Source of the DNA: an uncultured Gemmatimonadales bacterium
GTDB taxonomy: Bacteria > Gemmatimonadota > Gemmatimonadetes > Longimicrobiales > RSA9
Direction: 5' to 3'
Length of the DNA: 64,000 nucleotides
Assembly: GCA_963708135.1 (NCBI GenBank)
Contig: OY970192.1
Span: forward strand, 4,160,001-4,224,000
Both the position numbers and the translations under genes were made by a program. The notes below the pieces were generated by a model. It searched no databases, was not told the origin of the DNA, and saw nothing but the letters and a program-made list of their open reading frames with translations. This document shows positions 48,801 through 59,400 of the stretch, piece by piece (position 1 is the first letter of the stretch; every line of letters begins with the position of its first letter).

Positions 48801-49108
48801 ATCGCCAGGTCGCCCATGGCCACCACACGCTCGTGCTCGAACACGGGGCGGAACGTCGTGCCGGCGTTCGTCGTCTTCCAGATGCCGCCGCCGGCGGCCG
48901 CCACGAAGAAGGTGCGCGATGGGCTCGGGATCCCCTCGATGTCGGCCACGCGGCCGCCCATGTTGGCGGGCCCGATGCTGCGCCAGCGAAAGGCCGAGAG
49001 GACCGTGGAGTCCAGCGCCGTCGGGCCCTGGGCGTGGAGGGGGGCGGCCAGGCCGATCGTGAGCGCGGCGAGGACCGCCGCGGGCAGGCGTGAGCGTGCG
49101 GGTCTCAT
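45833..49108 (-). CDS. Secreted VPS10/BNR-repeat beta-propeller protein (often annotated glycosyl hydrolase)
   Basis: Signal peptide; WRSIGPANMGGRV, repeated S/T-x-D-G-G-x-T-W Asp boxes, GGLQDNG, ATHGRSIW. Confidence 0.9.
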   Translation of the reverse strand: MRPARSRLPAAVLAALTIGLAAPLHAQGPTALDSTVLSAFRWRSIGPANMGGRVADIEGIPSPSRTFFVAAAGGGIWKTTNAGTTFRPVFEHERVVAMGDLAIAPSDTMQVWAGTGEQNSRNSISPGGGIYKSMDGGLTWKLMGLEKTQVIARIVVDPRNADVVYVAALGHIWDSNPERGLYKTTDGGRTWTLSKFVSDHAGFVDVAIDPKNPDVLYASSWERWRTPYSLQSGGPGSGLWKTTDAGAHWAEVKGGGFPAGTKGRIGLAIAPSDPNVVYALVEAAGAKEGAPNESGLYRSADAGATWTKMNAEDTRPFYYSQVRVDPRDPNRVYWSSTPVKFSNDGGKTMGNATVGIHVDHHAMWIDPNDPNHFIVGDDGGISQTWDRGGNYDFLNNFAIGQFYEVSYDMAVPYHVCGGLQDNGAWCGPSRRARGGITSDMWATVNGGDGFFTAQDQTDPNIVYAESQGGNMARLDMTTGERTRLRKPSFRDRYKTFEDSIVIERGDTAKPETPAQESRLATLRARQSADSADNDLRWNWNTPFFLSPHDQHVLYAGANKVLKSTKRGDDLVAISPDLTRADTMKIRVSTETTGGITRDVTGAETFATIVALAESPVRKGWLYAGTDDGNAWMTRDDGKHWEKLNGRFPGVPDGTWVRRIEPSHFDANTFYVAFDGHRTGDFTPYLYVTDDGGKSFRSIASDLPRGGPDFVHVVREDPFNRDLLFAGTDVGAYVSIDRGGHWQRFMEGLPTVPVHDLKIQPRDHELIAATHGRSIWIVGIAPLEQMGARTLAAATLFQPPTAFQYGETPIGGGSPGQKVFEGESAPYGAEISYYLPSGDRRQRAHIAVLDAKGDTVQTLTGPGAAGLHTVAWNYRKEPPPPAPLSPSEKRDSARLQVRIAFLTDSLEKAGTDAQLAGRVAALARRSLFGGPGAVPFGFGFGGRGRARPGVWVDRPGEQMQRSVAARGETAGAGEKAAPDSSGAQAGRPARAGRAAGASDMSEEAIAAFMRGPGGELFRDFLRLTRVPGIGGRFAGGRGGFFGGAPAPAPPGQYTISVSVGGQTLTGKLQVQRIGNLGAGEDEPISEEEFERH

Positions 49109-49287
49109 GCCACCTCGAAGCGTTGAGTGACGATGTGAGGCCCGCCGCGAGGGCGGCGGGCGGGAAGCTACGTGACGGGGTACAGCCGGCGCTGCGGGAA
49201 CGTTGGGAGGGCACGCCGGACCCGGCGCCCGGGCGCACGGGTATGACTTCAGCTCCCGTGCGGACTCCTCGCCGGATCCGATCCCGC

Positions 49288-50997
49288 ATGCGCTTACTCT
49301 CGCCCATCCATGTCGCACGAACCGCGATCCTGCTCTGGCTCGCGGCGGTGGCGGTCGCTGGCTGCGACGGCCCGCGCGTCCCCGGGCGGCCGGCGCGCGT
49401 CGAGCGCGCCTACGGCCAGGGGCAGCGCGGCGTTGTGGGCCAGCCGCTCGCCCGACCCCTCGTCGTGCGCGTGCTGGACGGGAGCGGGGTGCCGCTCGCC
49501 GGGGTGCGCGTGGATTGGCGGGCGGCCGACTCCGCCGGCGGAGCGGTCCGCTTCGCGGGCCGGACGGACCGGTTCGGCTACGCCCGCGCGGTGTGGATGC
49601 CGGGCCCCCGGGCCGGGGTGCAGGTGGTATCGGCCGAGGTGAGCGGGCTGCCGCCCGTGTCGTTCACCGCACGGGCCGCGGCCCCGCGCCTCGCTGCGCC
49701 GGCCTCCCGCCTCGCGGCGGCGCCGCCCCGCTTCGCGACGCTGCGCAGCGCCCGGTCCGCCGCCGCTGCGCCGGTCCCCGTCCCGGCGATCGATCCTGGC
49801 GCTCCCGCCGCAGCGCTCCGGTTTCCGCCGGCCTCGATCATCGACAGCGCCGGCCCGCCCGCCGCCCCCTCGGCGAGGCCCGTGCTGGCGGGCCGCCTCT
49901 ACGCGGCGGACGACGGCCCGCTCCTCGGGCTGGAGGCGCGCATTGAGAGCCCCGCCGGCCAGGTGCTGGCCGAGGCGGCCGTGGACGGCCGGGGCCGGTT
50001 TGCCCTGCCGCTCCCGCGGTCCCCGGCCGGGGCCGCTCTTCTGGTGATTGCGGGCGCGGCGGGCGCCCCCGCCGCCTATCTGCCCGCGGTGGTGCCGCTG
50101 CCTCCGGCGACGGGCGGGGGCGTCCTCGAGGAAGGCGGGGCCAACGAGGAGGGCAGGGCCGACCAGGATACGGCGGTGGGGCCCGACCCGGTCCGGGGCA
50201 CGCCGGCCGGGCCGCGGCGCGAGATCGGGATCGTGCTGGTGCCGCGGCGCTGGCGGATCACGGCGGGGAGCTACGCGGGGCGGGACGTCGCCATCGAGCT
50301 GGAGGCTGCGTTCCGGGCGCCGTGCGGCGGGTGCTCGGCCTTCTTCCCCGCCCCGGCGGCGGGCGGATCGGAGAACGGGCCGGTGCGCGCGTGGGCGGAC
50401 ACGATGCTCCCGCTGCGCGTGCTGCTGGACCGGGCCGGCCCGGTCCAGCCGCTGGGCACGGCGGACTCCGCCGCGTTCTGGGGGGCGGCCGCCCTGTTCG
50501 AGCGCACGCTCGGCCAGCGGCTGTTCCGGCCGGTGGGCGACGAGCCGGAGGAAGGCGCGCCGGCGGGCGGGCTCGTGCTGGTGCGGATCGATCCGGGGCA
50601 GCTCGAGGCGGGGCTCAGCACGACGGCCTCGCAGCGGGGGGAGATCGGCGCGGCCGTGGTGAGCTTCCGGCACGCTGCGCTGCTCGGTGGGCCGGAAGGC
50701 GGGCACCTGGTCGGGCACGAGCTGCTGCACGCGCTGGGGGCGGGGCACACGTGCGCGTGGCGCTCGCTGGTGGCGGACACGGAGCGCTGCCCGGAGCGCT
50801 ACTCGAAGGATGCCACGCCCGAGGACGTGGCCTACCTGGAGCTGCTGGAGAGGGTGAAGGCGCTGGAGCGGCGGGAGGCGGCGGGCTACGGGCTGCGGGC
50901 CGCCCAGCGGGGGACCGCGCGGGAGGCGGCGGCGCGGCGCCGCGGCGGCGCCGCTCGCGGCCGGCTCAGGGGCCCGAGCGCGTCCAGACGAGGATGA
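49288..50997 (+). CDS. Lipoprotein with Ig-like N-domain and C-terminal metzincin-type zinc motif
   Basis: Lipobox VAGC; GQPLARPLVVRVLD..GVPLAGV.V Ig-like motif; HELLHALGAGH (HExxHxxGxxH). Confidence 0.7.
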   Translation: MRLLSPIHVARTAILLWLAAVAVAGCDGPRVPGRPARVERAYGQGQRGVVGQPLARPLVVRVLDGSGVPLAGVRVDWRAADSAGGAVRFAGRTDRFGYARAVWMPGPRAGVQVVSAEVSGLPPVSFTARAAAPRLAAPASRLAAAPPRFATLRSARSAAAAPVPVPAIDPGAPAAALRFPPASIIDSAGPPAAPSARPVLAGRLYAADDGPLLGLEARIESPAGQVLAEAAVDGRGRFALPLPRSPAGAALLVIAGAAGAPAAYLPAVVPLPPATGGGVLEEGGANEEGRADQDTAVGPDPVRGTPAGPRREIGIVLVPRRWRITAGSYAGRDVAIELEAAFRAPCGGCSAFFPAPAAGGSENGPVRAWADTMLPLRVLLDRAGPVQPLGTADSAAFWGAAALFERTLGQRLFRPVGDEPEEGAPAGGLVLVRIDPGQLEAGLSTTASQRGEIGAAVVSFRHAALLGGPEGGHLVGHELLHALGAGHTCAWRSLVADTERCPERYSKDATPEDVAYLELLERVKALERREAAGYGLRAAQRGTAREAAARRRGGAARGRLRGPSASRRG

Positions 50998-51736
50998 CGC
51001 CGCACGTGCTGTACTGCTGGTACTGCGGGGGGACCTCGGAGGCGCCGGCGTACGACTCGATCCCGGCGATGTCCTGGAGCGGGATCAGGTGGTCGAGGTC
51101 GTCGAGGTCGCTGGCGGGGTGGATGAGCCCGTCCACGATCAGCGCCGGCTGGCACTGCCTCCCGGTGCGCGTCGAGACGATGGTGTAGCCGTTCTGCCCG
51201 TTCGGCTCCACGTTGAACCCCGGCAGGCGCCGCGCCGCCATGCTCAGCGTGCTGCCGCGCTCGACCAGCGGCTCCAGGTCCTTCCGGTCCAGGAACGTCC
51301 CGCCGGCCGCGCTCTTCCGGCGATCGTAGAATCCGCGGTTCCGCAGCTCCGGCGTCTCGGCCTTGGCCTGGGCGGTCACGGTCGGCAGGCGCACCGGCTG
51401 CACGATGAGCTCCACCTTCGCGTCCACATCGGCGCCGGGCTTGAAGCCGATAGCCACGCGCACGGGCTCGTAGCCGAGCATCCCCACCACCACCACGCGC
51501 TTGCCTGGTGGGATTCCGGTCACGCGTGCCGCGCCGTCCGGCCCCGCCACTGCGCTGATCGTGGTGCCCTCCACGAGCACGGACGCGCCCGAGAGCGGCT
51601 TTCCGCTGCCCTGGTCGACGATGTGCACGGTGATCGCGGCCGGTCCCTCGTGCGCCTGCTGCGCCGAGACCCGCGCGGGCGCCGCTCCGACGCCGGCGAG
51701 GAGGACCGTCGCGAGAAGAAGTGAGCTCCGAGGCAT
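50966..51736 (-). CDS. Carboxypeptidase-regulatory-like domain plus TonB plug-like domain, no beta-barrel
   Basis: Signal peptide; GKPLSGASV..MLGY; GFYDRR..GG.F; IVDG..IAGIESY..VP.QY..CGVILVWTR. Confidence 0.75.
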   Translation of the reverse strand: MPRSSLLLATVLLAGVGAAPARVSAQQAHEGPAAITVHIVDQGSGKPLSGASVLVEGTTISAVAGPDGAARVTGIPPGKRVVVVGMLGYEPVRVAIGFKPGADVDAKVELIVQPVRLPTVTAQAKAETPELRNRGFYDRRKSAAGGTFLDRKDLEPLVERGSTLSMAARRLPGFNVEPNGQNGYTIVSTRTGRQCQPALIVDGLIHPASDLDDLDHLIPLQDIAGIESYAGASEVPPQYQQYSTCGVILVWTRSGP

Positions 51737-51809
51737 ACCGCCGCTCTCCTGCCGTGAATGCGTGGGATGTGTGGAACACGCCAGACCGTCCCGGGTTCCG
51801 CGCGGGCCG

Positions 51810-52337
51810 CTATGCGAGTGGTGCCTGGCCTGCGTCGCTGGAGAACAGGCAGACCTCGGGCGCCCCTTGCGCGAGCGCGACGGTCCGCTCGAAGCGGAAG
51901 GCGAGCTTGCGGAGCACGTTCTCGGAGGCGGCGTTTCCGGGTGCCGTGATGGCCAGGATCCGGTCCAGCCCGAGCGGACCGCGCGCCTCGGCGAGCACGG
52001 CGCGGGCCGCCTCGGTGGCGTAGCCGCGCGCGCGGTGCGGCGCGAGGAAGGCGAAGCCGAGGTCGGGGGCGTCCAGACCGCCGCGGATGAGCAGCCCGCA
52101 GATCCCGATCGGCCCCGGCGCCTCCTTCCGCTCCACGGCGTAGAGGCCGAAGCCGTGAGCCGCGTAGCTTGCCGCGGGCCCGGCCCGAATGTAGGCGCGG
52201 GCATCCTCCACAGTGCGGACGCCGCGGTCCCCGATGTTCTGGATGAAGGCGGCGTCGTTGAGCAGTTCGAGCACGAAGCCGGCGTCGGCCTCGGTGAGCC
52301 GGCGCAGGATGAGGCGGTCGGTCTCGATCGCAGGCAT
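51810..52337 (-). CDS. GNAT acetyltransferase (RimJ/RimL-like)
   Basis: IETDRLILRR, IGICGL, DLGFAFL..RGYATEAA, NAASENVLRKL. Confidence 0.9.
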   Translation of the reverse strand: MPAIETDRLILRRLTEADAGFVLELLNDAAFIQNIGDRGVRTVEDARAYIRAGPAASYAAHGFGLYAVERKEAPGPIGICGLLIRGGLDAPDLGFAFLAPHRARGYATEAARAVLAEARGPLGLDRILAITAPGNAASENVLRKLAFRFERTVALAQGAPEVCLFSSDAGQAPLA

Positions 52338-52348
52338 CCGCGGGTTGC

Positions 52349-53728
52349 TCAGGCGGCTTTCCGCCTCCAGAACCAGTAGACGGGTGTGCCGACGAAGACG
52401 ATGGCGAGGCCGACGGCGGCGCGGCCGGGCTGGGTGAAGAGCGTGTTCAGCACGATCGCCGCGGAGGCCAGGACGAAGAGCACGGGCGTGATCGGGTAGC
52501 CGGGCACGCGGAACGGGCGTGGAGCGTCCGGGAGACGTCGCCTGAGGACGAAGACGCTGGCGGCGCCGAGCGCGTAGAAGATCCAGCCGGAGAAGACGAC
52601 GTACGTGAGCAGCTGCTGGAAGGTCCCCGTCAGCGCCATGACCGCCGCCCATGCGGAGGAGACGAGGATCGCGAAGGCCGGCGTGCCGAAGCGCGGGTGC
52701 ACGTCGCCGAGGCGGCGGAAGAAGACGCCGTCGCGGCCCATGCGGTAGTACATGCGCGGCGCGGTGATGGTGAGCCCGTTGGCGGCGCTGAAGATCGAGA
52801 TCATGATCGCCGCGGCGACGAGCTTCGCCGCTCCGGAGCCGAAGAGCGAGTTGGCCGCGTCCGCGGCCACGGCGGAGGAGCCGGCCACGCCGGCGGGACC
52901 GAGCGCGGCGATGTAGCCGATGTTCATGAGCAGGTAGATCAGGATCAGGACCGTGGTGCCGATGGCGATGGCGGCGGGGAAGGTCCGGCTCGGGTCCCGG
53001 GCCTCGCCGGCGGAGAAGGTCACGTACTGCCAGCCCTCGTATGCCCAGAGCACCCCGATCATCGCCGTGCCCAGCGCGGAGAGCAAGCTCAGGTCCCAGA
53101 CGCGCGGCCAGGTCGAGGGGCCCGCGCCGCTGAAGCCGTGGCCAAGCGACAGGAAGAGCGCGCTCAGCACCAGCAGCGCGCCGACCTTGATGGCCGTGCT
53201 CACGTTCTGCACCCGGGCGCTGTCGCGCGTGCCCCGGATGTTGATGCCGGCGATGAGCGCGATCATGATGAGCGGCACCACCTTGTGCCCCACGGCGCCG
53301 AGGGGCGCCAGGCGCTCGAAGTACGACGTGAACGCCACGGCCAGCGTGGCCACGGAGCCGCTCGAGATGACGAAAAAGAAGGTCCAGCCGAGCAGGAAGG
53401 CCGGGAAGCGGCCGAACGCATCGCGCACGTAGACGTAGAGCCCGCCGGCCTCGGGGTTCATCGCGCCGAGCTCGCCGTAGGTCAGCGCGCCAAGCAGCGA
53501 GAGAATGCCCGCCACCAGCCAGACCAGCAGCGTCGGACCGATCACCCCGCCGCTCTCCTGCATCACCGTGCCCGGCACGATGAAGATGCCGGACCCGATC
53601 ACCGCGCCCACGACGATGAGCACCAGGTCGCCGAAGCCCAGCGAGCGCCGGAGCTCGCCGGCGCCCCCCTCCCCCCCGCTCGCGCCCGGCGCCGCGGCTG
53701 CTTCCGTCGTGCCTGTGGTGTCGCGCAT
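52349..53728 (-). CDS. APC-family amino acid permease
   Basis: GAVIGSGIF, YGELG...PEAGGLY.Y, WAYEGW, GEARDP, HPRFGTP, RPFRVPGYP. Confidence 0.93.
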   Translation of the reverse strand: MRDTTGTTEAAAAPGASGGEGGAGELRRSLGFGDLVLIVVGAVIGSGIFIVPGTVMQESGGVIGPTLLVWLVAGILSLLGALTYGELGAMNPEAGGLYVYVRDAFGRFPAFLLGWTFFFVISSGSVATLAVAFTSYFERLAPLGAVGHKVVPLIMIALIAGINIRGTRDSARVQNVSTAIKVGALLVLSALFLSLGHGFSGAGPSTWPRVWDLSLLSALGTAMIGVLWAYEGWQYVTFSAGEARDPSRTFPAAIAIGTTVLILIYLLMNIGYIAALGPAGVAGSSAVAADAANSLFGSGAAKLVAAAIMISIFSAANGLTITAPRMYYRMGRDGVFFRRLGDVHPRFGTPAFAILVSSAWAAVMALTGTFQQLLTYVVFSGWIFYALGAASVFVLRRRLPDAPRPFRVPGYPITPVLFVLASAAIVLNTLFTQPGRAAVGLAIVFVGTPVYWFWRRKAA

Positions 53729-53731
53729 GCT

Positions 53732-55162
53732 TCAGCTCCCGGTCCGCTTGGCGATGGTGGTCTGTCCCCCCTGGTGCAGCTCCAGCCGGTCGGGCACGCA
53801 CCCGGCGGCGCCGACACGGCAGCCCGAGCTCGCATAGAAGCGGAGCCGGATGCCGTCGAACTCCTTCACGTCGTAGCTCGCCTCGCTCCGCGCGAGCAGC
53901 GTCAGCCGCATGCTGCCGATCACGGCATACGGCTGCCCACCTTCCAGCACGATGCGGATCGGCCCCACCTCACCGGTTTCGTACGTCCCCGTGAGGGATC
54001 GGAGCACCGCGGGCGCCACCGCCACGGCCGGCGCCGGGGGCGGGAACGGGTCCGGCTCGCCCAGCAGGTACGCGGCGATCTTGCGCGAGAGCCGCCCCGA
54101 CGGGAACGCCTCGAAGTTCGACAGCACCAGGACCGAGAGGTGGTCGTCCGGCAGCCGAAGCTCGTCCGTGGCGAAGCCGTTGATGCCGCCACCGTGGGCG
54201 ATCGTACGGTGCGTCCGCGCCTGCGCGTTCGACGCGTACGGCTGCACCTCCCAGCCAAAGCCGTACGGGAACGTGGAATCGTTCGACAGCTTCACGGGCG
54301 TGTACATCTCGGCGTACGCCGACGCCGGGATGAGCGCGTGCCGGTCGAGCGCCTCGTCCCAGCGCGCCAGATCCTCCACAGTCGAGTAGAGCGCGCCCGC
54401 CGAGAACGGCTGCGTCATGTCGAGGTACGTCGCGTTCCGCAGACGACCGTGCTCGTCCATGCGGTAGCCCGACGCGCGCCACCGGACCAGGTCCGCCGTA
54501 TGGTCGTACCCGCTGTGCTCCATCCCCAGCGGCGTGAAGATGTTCTCGCGCAGGAAATCGTCGTAGCTCTGCCCCGACGCCTTCTCGATCACCGCCCCCA
54601 GCAGCACGTAGCCCGAGTTGCTGTACGACCACTTGGTGCCCGGCTCGAAGTCCAGCGGCTCGTTCTTGAAGAAGTCGATCAGCTCCTGCAGCGTCATCGG
54701 ATCTCCCCACTTCTTCCGCCACGCCGGGATCGCCGTGTAGTTGTGCACCCCCGACGTGTGCGTCAGCAGCTGACGGATCGTGATCCGACCCGCGTTCGGA
54801 TAGTCCGGCAGATACTTCGAGAGGGGATCGTCCACCGAGAGCTTGCCGCGCGACTGCAGGATCATGACCGCCATCGATGTGAACTGCTTCGTGATCGATC
54901 CCAGCCGGAACACCGTGCGCGGCTCGTTCGCCACCGCAAGCTCCACGTTCGCCTCGCCGTAGCCCGCGCGGTGGATCACGCTGTCCCCGCGCAGCACCAG
55001 CACGGACGCCCCGGGACCGCGCAGCGGATCGACCATGCTCTCGGCGATCGAGTCGATCGCCGGAATCCGTTGCGCCGCCGCCGTCGTGGCCCCGGCGGCG
55101 AGGATCACGGGAACGAGCAGCGCACGCCGGAGCACCGGCGCGCCCACGCGCGAGTGTGTCAT
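53732..55162 (-). CDS. Secreted serine hydrolase, beta-lactamase / D-peptidase family
   Basis: FRLGSITKQF (SxxK), LLTHTSG, WSYSNSGY (YxN), HGGGING. Confidence 0.92.
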   Translation of the reverse strand: MTHSRVGAPVLRRALLVPVILAAGATTAAAQRIPAIDSIAESMVDPLRGPGASVLVLRGDSVIHRAGYGEANVELAVANEPRTVFRLGSITKQFTSMAVMILQSRGKLSVDDPLSKYLPDYPNAGRITIRQLLTHTSGVHNYTAIPAWRKKWGDPMTLQELIDFFKNEPLDFEPGTKWSYSNSGYVLLGAVIEKASGQSYDDFLRENIFTPLGMEHSGYDHTADLVRWRASGYRMDEHGRLRNATYLDMTQPFSAGALYSTVEDLARWDEALDRHALIPASAYAEMYTPVKLSNDSTFPYGFGWEVQPYASNAQARTHRTIAHGGGINGFATDELRLPDDHLSVLVLSNFEAFPSGRLSRKIAAYLLGEPDPFPPPAPAVAVAPAVLRSLTGTYETGEVGPIRIVLEGGQPYAVIGSMRLTLLARSEASYDVKEFDGIRLRFYASSGCRVGAAGCVPDRLELHQGGQTTIAKRTGS

Positions 55163-55396
55163 GGCAGAACCCCGTTCCGTGGGGAAAAAGGCGCGGCGAT
55201 CGCCGCGCAGATCCTGCATACCGGATGGTGTACGACGCTCAGATTAGCGGCGAACCCACCCCTCTGGAAAGGGGCGCGAGCCTCGGGCAGGCCATGGCCG
55301 ACGGCGGCGAACCTTGCCCCGGGGGCTCCCCGCACCTTATTTCTGCTCCCACCCGGATCCAGTCTCCGGTCCAGCTTTGGACGCCGGGTGGCCCGC

Positions 55397-56188
55397 ATGC
55401 CAGCGCACCCCTCGCCCCCGCACGGGTCCCATGGAGCCGCACCTCGCCAGCCAGGGGATGGTCGTGTGACAAAACGGAAGGCCGGCAGCAGCGCCAGCGC
55501 GGAGCGTCAGGACCGCGGCACGCGCGCGTACACGCAGCTCCGGGAGCTGATCGTGCACGGCAAGCTCGCTCCCGGGACGTGGATCATCGAGACCGATGTC
55601 GCAGACCGGCTCGGCGTCAGCCGGACGCCGGTGCGCGCGGCGCTGCAGCGCCTCCAGCAGGAGGGCTACATCATCGTGACCGCGCGCGGGCAGCAGTACC
55701 GCGCGGCCGTGGCGCCGCTCACGCGCGACGACTCGCGCGAGCTGTTCGGGATCGTGGGCGAGCTCGAGGCGCTGGCGGCCAGCTGGGCCGCTCAGCTCCC
55801 CGATGGGCGGCGTGCCACGGCGGTGGCCGACCTGCGCCGGCTGAACGGCGACCTGCTGGCCGCGGCGCAGGGGCCGCGGCCGGAGCAGAACGTGCTGTTC
55901 GACCTCGACACGACCTTCCACCGCCGCTACGTCGAGGCGGGCTCCGGGCCCCGTCTGCTCGGGCTGCACGAAGCCATCAAGCCGCAGGCCGAGCGCTACG
56001 TGCGCCTCTACATCAGCGCCCTCGTGGACGAGATCGGCACCTCCGTCGAGGAGCACGACGCGATCGTGGCCGCCATCGAGAGCGGAGACGCGGCGGCATC
56101 GCACCGGGCCGTGGAAACCAACTGGGCCAACGCCGCGGAGCGGCTGGCCCGGGTCATCGACACCGTGGGGGAGCGCGGCAGCTGGTGA
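55397..56188 (+). CDS. GntR-family (FCD domain) transcriptional regulator; alternative start GTG 55466
   Basis: AYTQLRELIVHG.L.PG..E..LGVSRTPVRAALQRL..EG HTH; D..FH and EHDAIV.AI FCD motifs. Confidence 0.92.
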   Translation: MPAHPSPPHGSHGAAPRQPGDGRVTKRKAGSSASAERQDRGTRAYTQLRELIVHGKLAPGTWIIETDVADRLGVSRTPVRAALQRLQQEGYIIVTARGQQYRAAVAPLTRDDSRELFGIVGELEALAASWAAQLPDGRRATAVADLRRLNGDLLAAAQGPRPEQNVLFDLDTTFHRRYVEAGSGPRLLGLHEAIKPQAERYVRLYISALVDEIGTSVEEHDAIVAAIESGDAAASHRAVETNWANAAERLARVIDTVGERGSW

Positions 56189-56245
56189 GCGGCGGACGGG
56201 CGTGCTGTCACATCCCGGGCGGCGCGTGCGTTGAATGGATGTTCC

Positions 56246-56292
56246 TTGCGAAGGCGTGGCGTGCCTGTTAACGTAGCGCTACTTGTATACAA
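56246..56292 (+). promoter_or_regulatory. susC promoter with a GntR-type operator at the transcription start
   Basis: TTGCGA-N17-TAACGT with extended TGn (56246-56274), then perfect palindrome TTGTATACAA (56283-56292). Confidence 0.7.
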
Positions 56293-56444
56293 ACTCCGAT
56301 CCATTGCGGTGTGCCGTGAGGCGCCCCGGGGGACGCGCACCGCCTCGCACGCGTTGCCGCCCCCGACCTGCCTTCAATCGAGCGCATGCCGATCCGCCCG
56401 CGCGGCGGGTCTGCTGATCCCGGAACCCATCAAGGAGGGTCCTT

Positions 56445-59400
56445 ATGCTTCCGTCGTATGGAATCGCTCCCCGGTCGGGGGGCGGAGGCCGGCGAGGCCG
56501 CCTGGCGGGGGTGGCGTGGACCGCGAGTCTGGCGGTCGCGCTGCTTACCCTGGCAGCGCCATCGCTCGTGGCACAGGGTGGCTCGGTGGGCGGCACGGTG
56601 GTGGAGGCCAAGACGCTGCGGCCGCTGGCGGGGGCGCAGGTCGTGGTGCAGGGCACCTCGCGGGGCGCGCTGACGGACGCGAACGGCCGTTTCCTGGTGA
56701 CGGGTCTCACGGGCGGCGAGGTGACGCTGCACGTGGTGATGCTGGGCTACAAGGCAGTGGACCAGGCCGTCGCGGTGGGGACGCTGGATGTGCGGATCGG
56801 GCTGGAGGAGGCGGCGGTCGCGCTGAACGAGATCGTGGTGACGGGGCAGCCGGGCGGCACGCAGAAGCGGGCGATCGGCAACTCGATCGCGCAGGTGAAG
56901 GCGGCGGACGTGGTGGCCACGAAGGACGTGCAGAGCGTGCAGGACGTGATCAACGGCCGGGCGCCGGGGGTGGTGGTGATGCCGGGGACGGGGATGATCG
57001 GCAGCGGCTCGCGCATCCGGATCCGCGGCACGAGCACGTTCTCGCTGTCGGGCGACCCGCTGATCTACGTGGACGGCGTGCGGGTGGACAATGAGACGGG
57101 CAGCGGCTTCTCGGTGCAGGCGTTCGGGTCTGGGGTGGTGTCGCGGCTGAACGACTTCAGCCCGGAGGAGATCGAGAGCATCGAGATCCTTAAGGGTCCT
57201 GCGGCGGCGACGCTTTACGGCACGGAGGCGGCGCGCGGGGTGATCAACATCATCACGAAGAAGGGTGCCCCGGGCGGCACGCGCTACTCGTTCACGGTGA
57301 AGCAGGGCGCGAACTGGTTCTCGGACCCGCAGGGGCGGCTGCCGGTGAACTACTGGCGCGATGGGTCGGGGACGGTGCAGAGCCTGAACCTGTACCAGCT
57401 GAACAAGGACAACGGCATCGACCTGTTCCGGACGGGCAACCTGCAGACGTACTCCGCGGGGGTGAGCGGGGGCGCGAGCGGTGTGCGCTACTACGTGAAC
57501 GGCGACCTGTCGCGGAACGACGGGGCGGAGCCGAACAACTTCCGCAACCAGTTCAGCGGGCGGGCGAACGTGCAGATCGAGCCGAGCGAGAAGTTCGACC
57601 TCTCGGCGAACACGGGCTGGATCACGAGCCGGACGGGGCTGTCGTGCGAGGCGGGATGCGGCGGCGCGATGTGGGGGCTGGTGTTCTCGACACCGCACTA
57701 CCTGCCCCAGAACTGCAACTTCGATGGCTGCGGGTTCTACCAGGGCTTCCGGAGCGGTCCGCCGAACCTGGTGGACCGGGCGTTCACGGACCACCAGATG
57801 GTGGGCCGGTTCACGGGCAGCGTGACGATGAACTACCGGCCGGCCAAGTGGATAACGAACAGACTGACGGTCGGCTCGGATGTGACGCAGGAGCAGAACG
57901 TCGAGTACCTGCCGTACCTGACCAACGACACGTCGCGCTACTTCTGGGGGCCGTACTACTCGAACGGCTACAAGGTGCAGACGCGGCGGGCGCTCACCTA
58001 CAACACCTTCGACTACGCGGGCACGCTGAACCTGGACGTGCGGCCGGGCCTCACGAGCGCGACGTCCTTCGGCGCGCAGTACTACCAGAAGCACATCGAG
58101 TTCATCGGCGCGGAGGGTGATGGCTTCGCCGGCGTCGGGATCCAGACCGTCAATGCCGCGGCCACCAAGCCGTACGCGTCGGATGACTTCGTGGACAACA
58201 ACACGCTCGGCGTGTACGGCCAGGAGACGGTCGGGCTGAACGACCGTCTGTTCCTGACGGGCGCGCTGCGCGTGGACAACAACAGCGCGTTCGGCTCGTC
58301 CTTCAACTGGGTCTACTACCCGAAGGCGAGCCTCTCCTGGGTGCTGAACGAGGAGCCCGCGGTGCGGGCCATCCTGCCCCGCTTCGTGGACGCGCTGAAG
58401 CTGCGGCTGGCGTACGGGGAGTCGGGCCAGCAGCCGGTCTCCTTCTCGGCGCTGCGCACGTACTCGCCGGTGACGGGCCCGAACGGCACGCCGTCCATCA
58501 CGCCGAACACGGTGGGCAACCCGGACCTCGGGCCCGAGCGCGGCAAGGAGTTCGAGGGCGGCTTCGACGCCGGGTTCCTCAACGACCGGCTCGCGCTCGA
58601 GTTCACCTACTACAACTCGAAGACGGTGGACGGCATCCTGCTGCGCACGGTGGCGCCGTCGAGCGGCTTCGCGGGCTCGCAGTACGTGAACGCCGGCGCG
58701 ATCCGCAACCAGGGCGTGGAGATCGGGCTGAAGGCGGACCTGCTCGAGAGGAAGAGCTTCGGGTGGGATGCCACCTTCAACTTCTCATCGAACAGCGGGA
58801 AGGTGCTCCAGCTGGCCGGTGGGGACACGACGATCGTGCTCGGCGACCGCCAGTACAAGATCGGCTTCGAGCCGAACGCGTGGTTCCGCGAGCACGTGGT
58901 CAGCGCCCAGCTGGACGCGAACGGCGACGCGATCAAGTCCACCGTCATGTGCGATGACGGCGCGGGCGGCGTGGTGCCGTGCTACACGGGCAGCGTCGTG
59001 ACGGCGCCGCGCGTCTACCTCGGCCGGACGACGCCGGGCATCGAGGGCTCGATCGGCACGGGGATCCGCTTCCTGGGCAACTTCCGCCTGAGCGGGCTGG
59101 TGGACTTCAAGACCAACTACAAGAAGTTCGACAACAACCTGCGCGCGCGCTGCCAGGTCTTCAGCCTGTGCCAGGAGAACATGAACCCGACCCAGTACGA
59201 CCCGGTGTTCATCGCGCAGATGCAGAGCAACAACACCCTGAAGGACTGGATCATCAACGACGCGAGCTTCGCCAAGCTGCGCGAGCTCTCGCTCACCTAC
59301 AACATGCCTTCGCAGGTCGCCCAGCGCATCGGCGCCCACAGCGCGACGCTGAACGTGGCCGCGCGCAACCTGCACACCTGGACGAGCTACACCGGACTCG

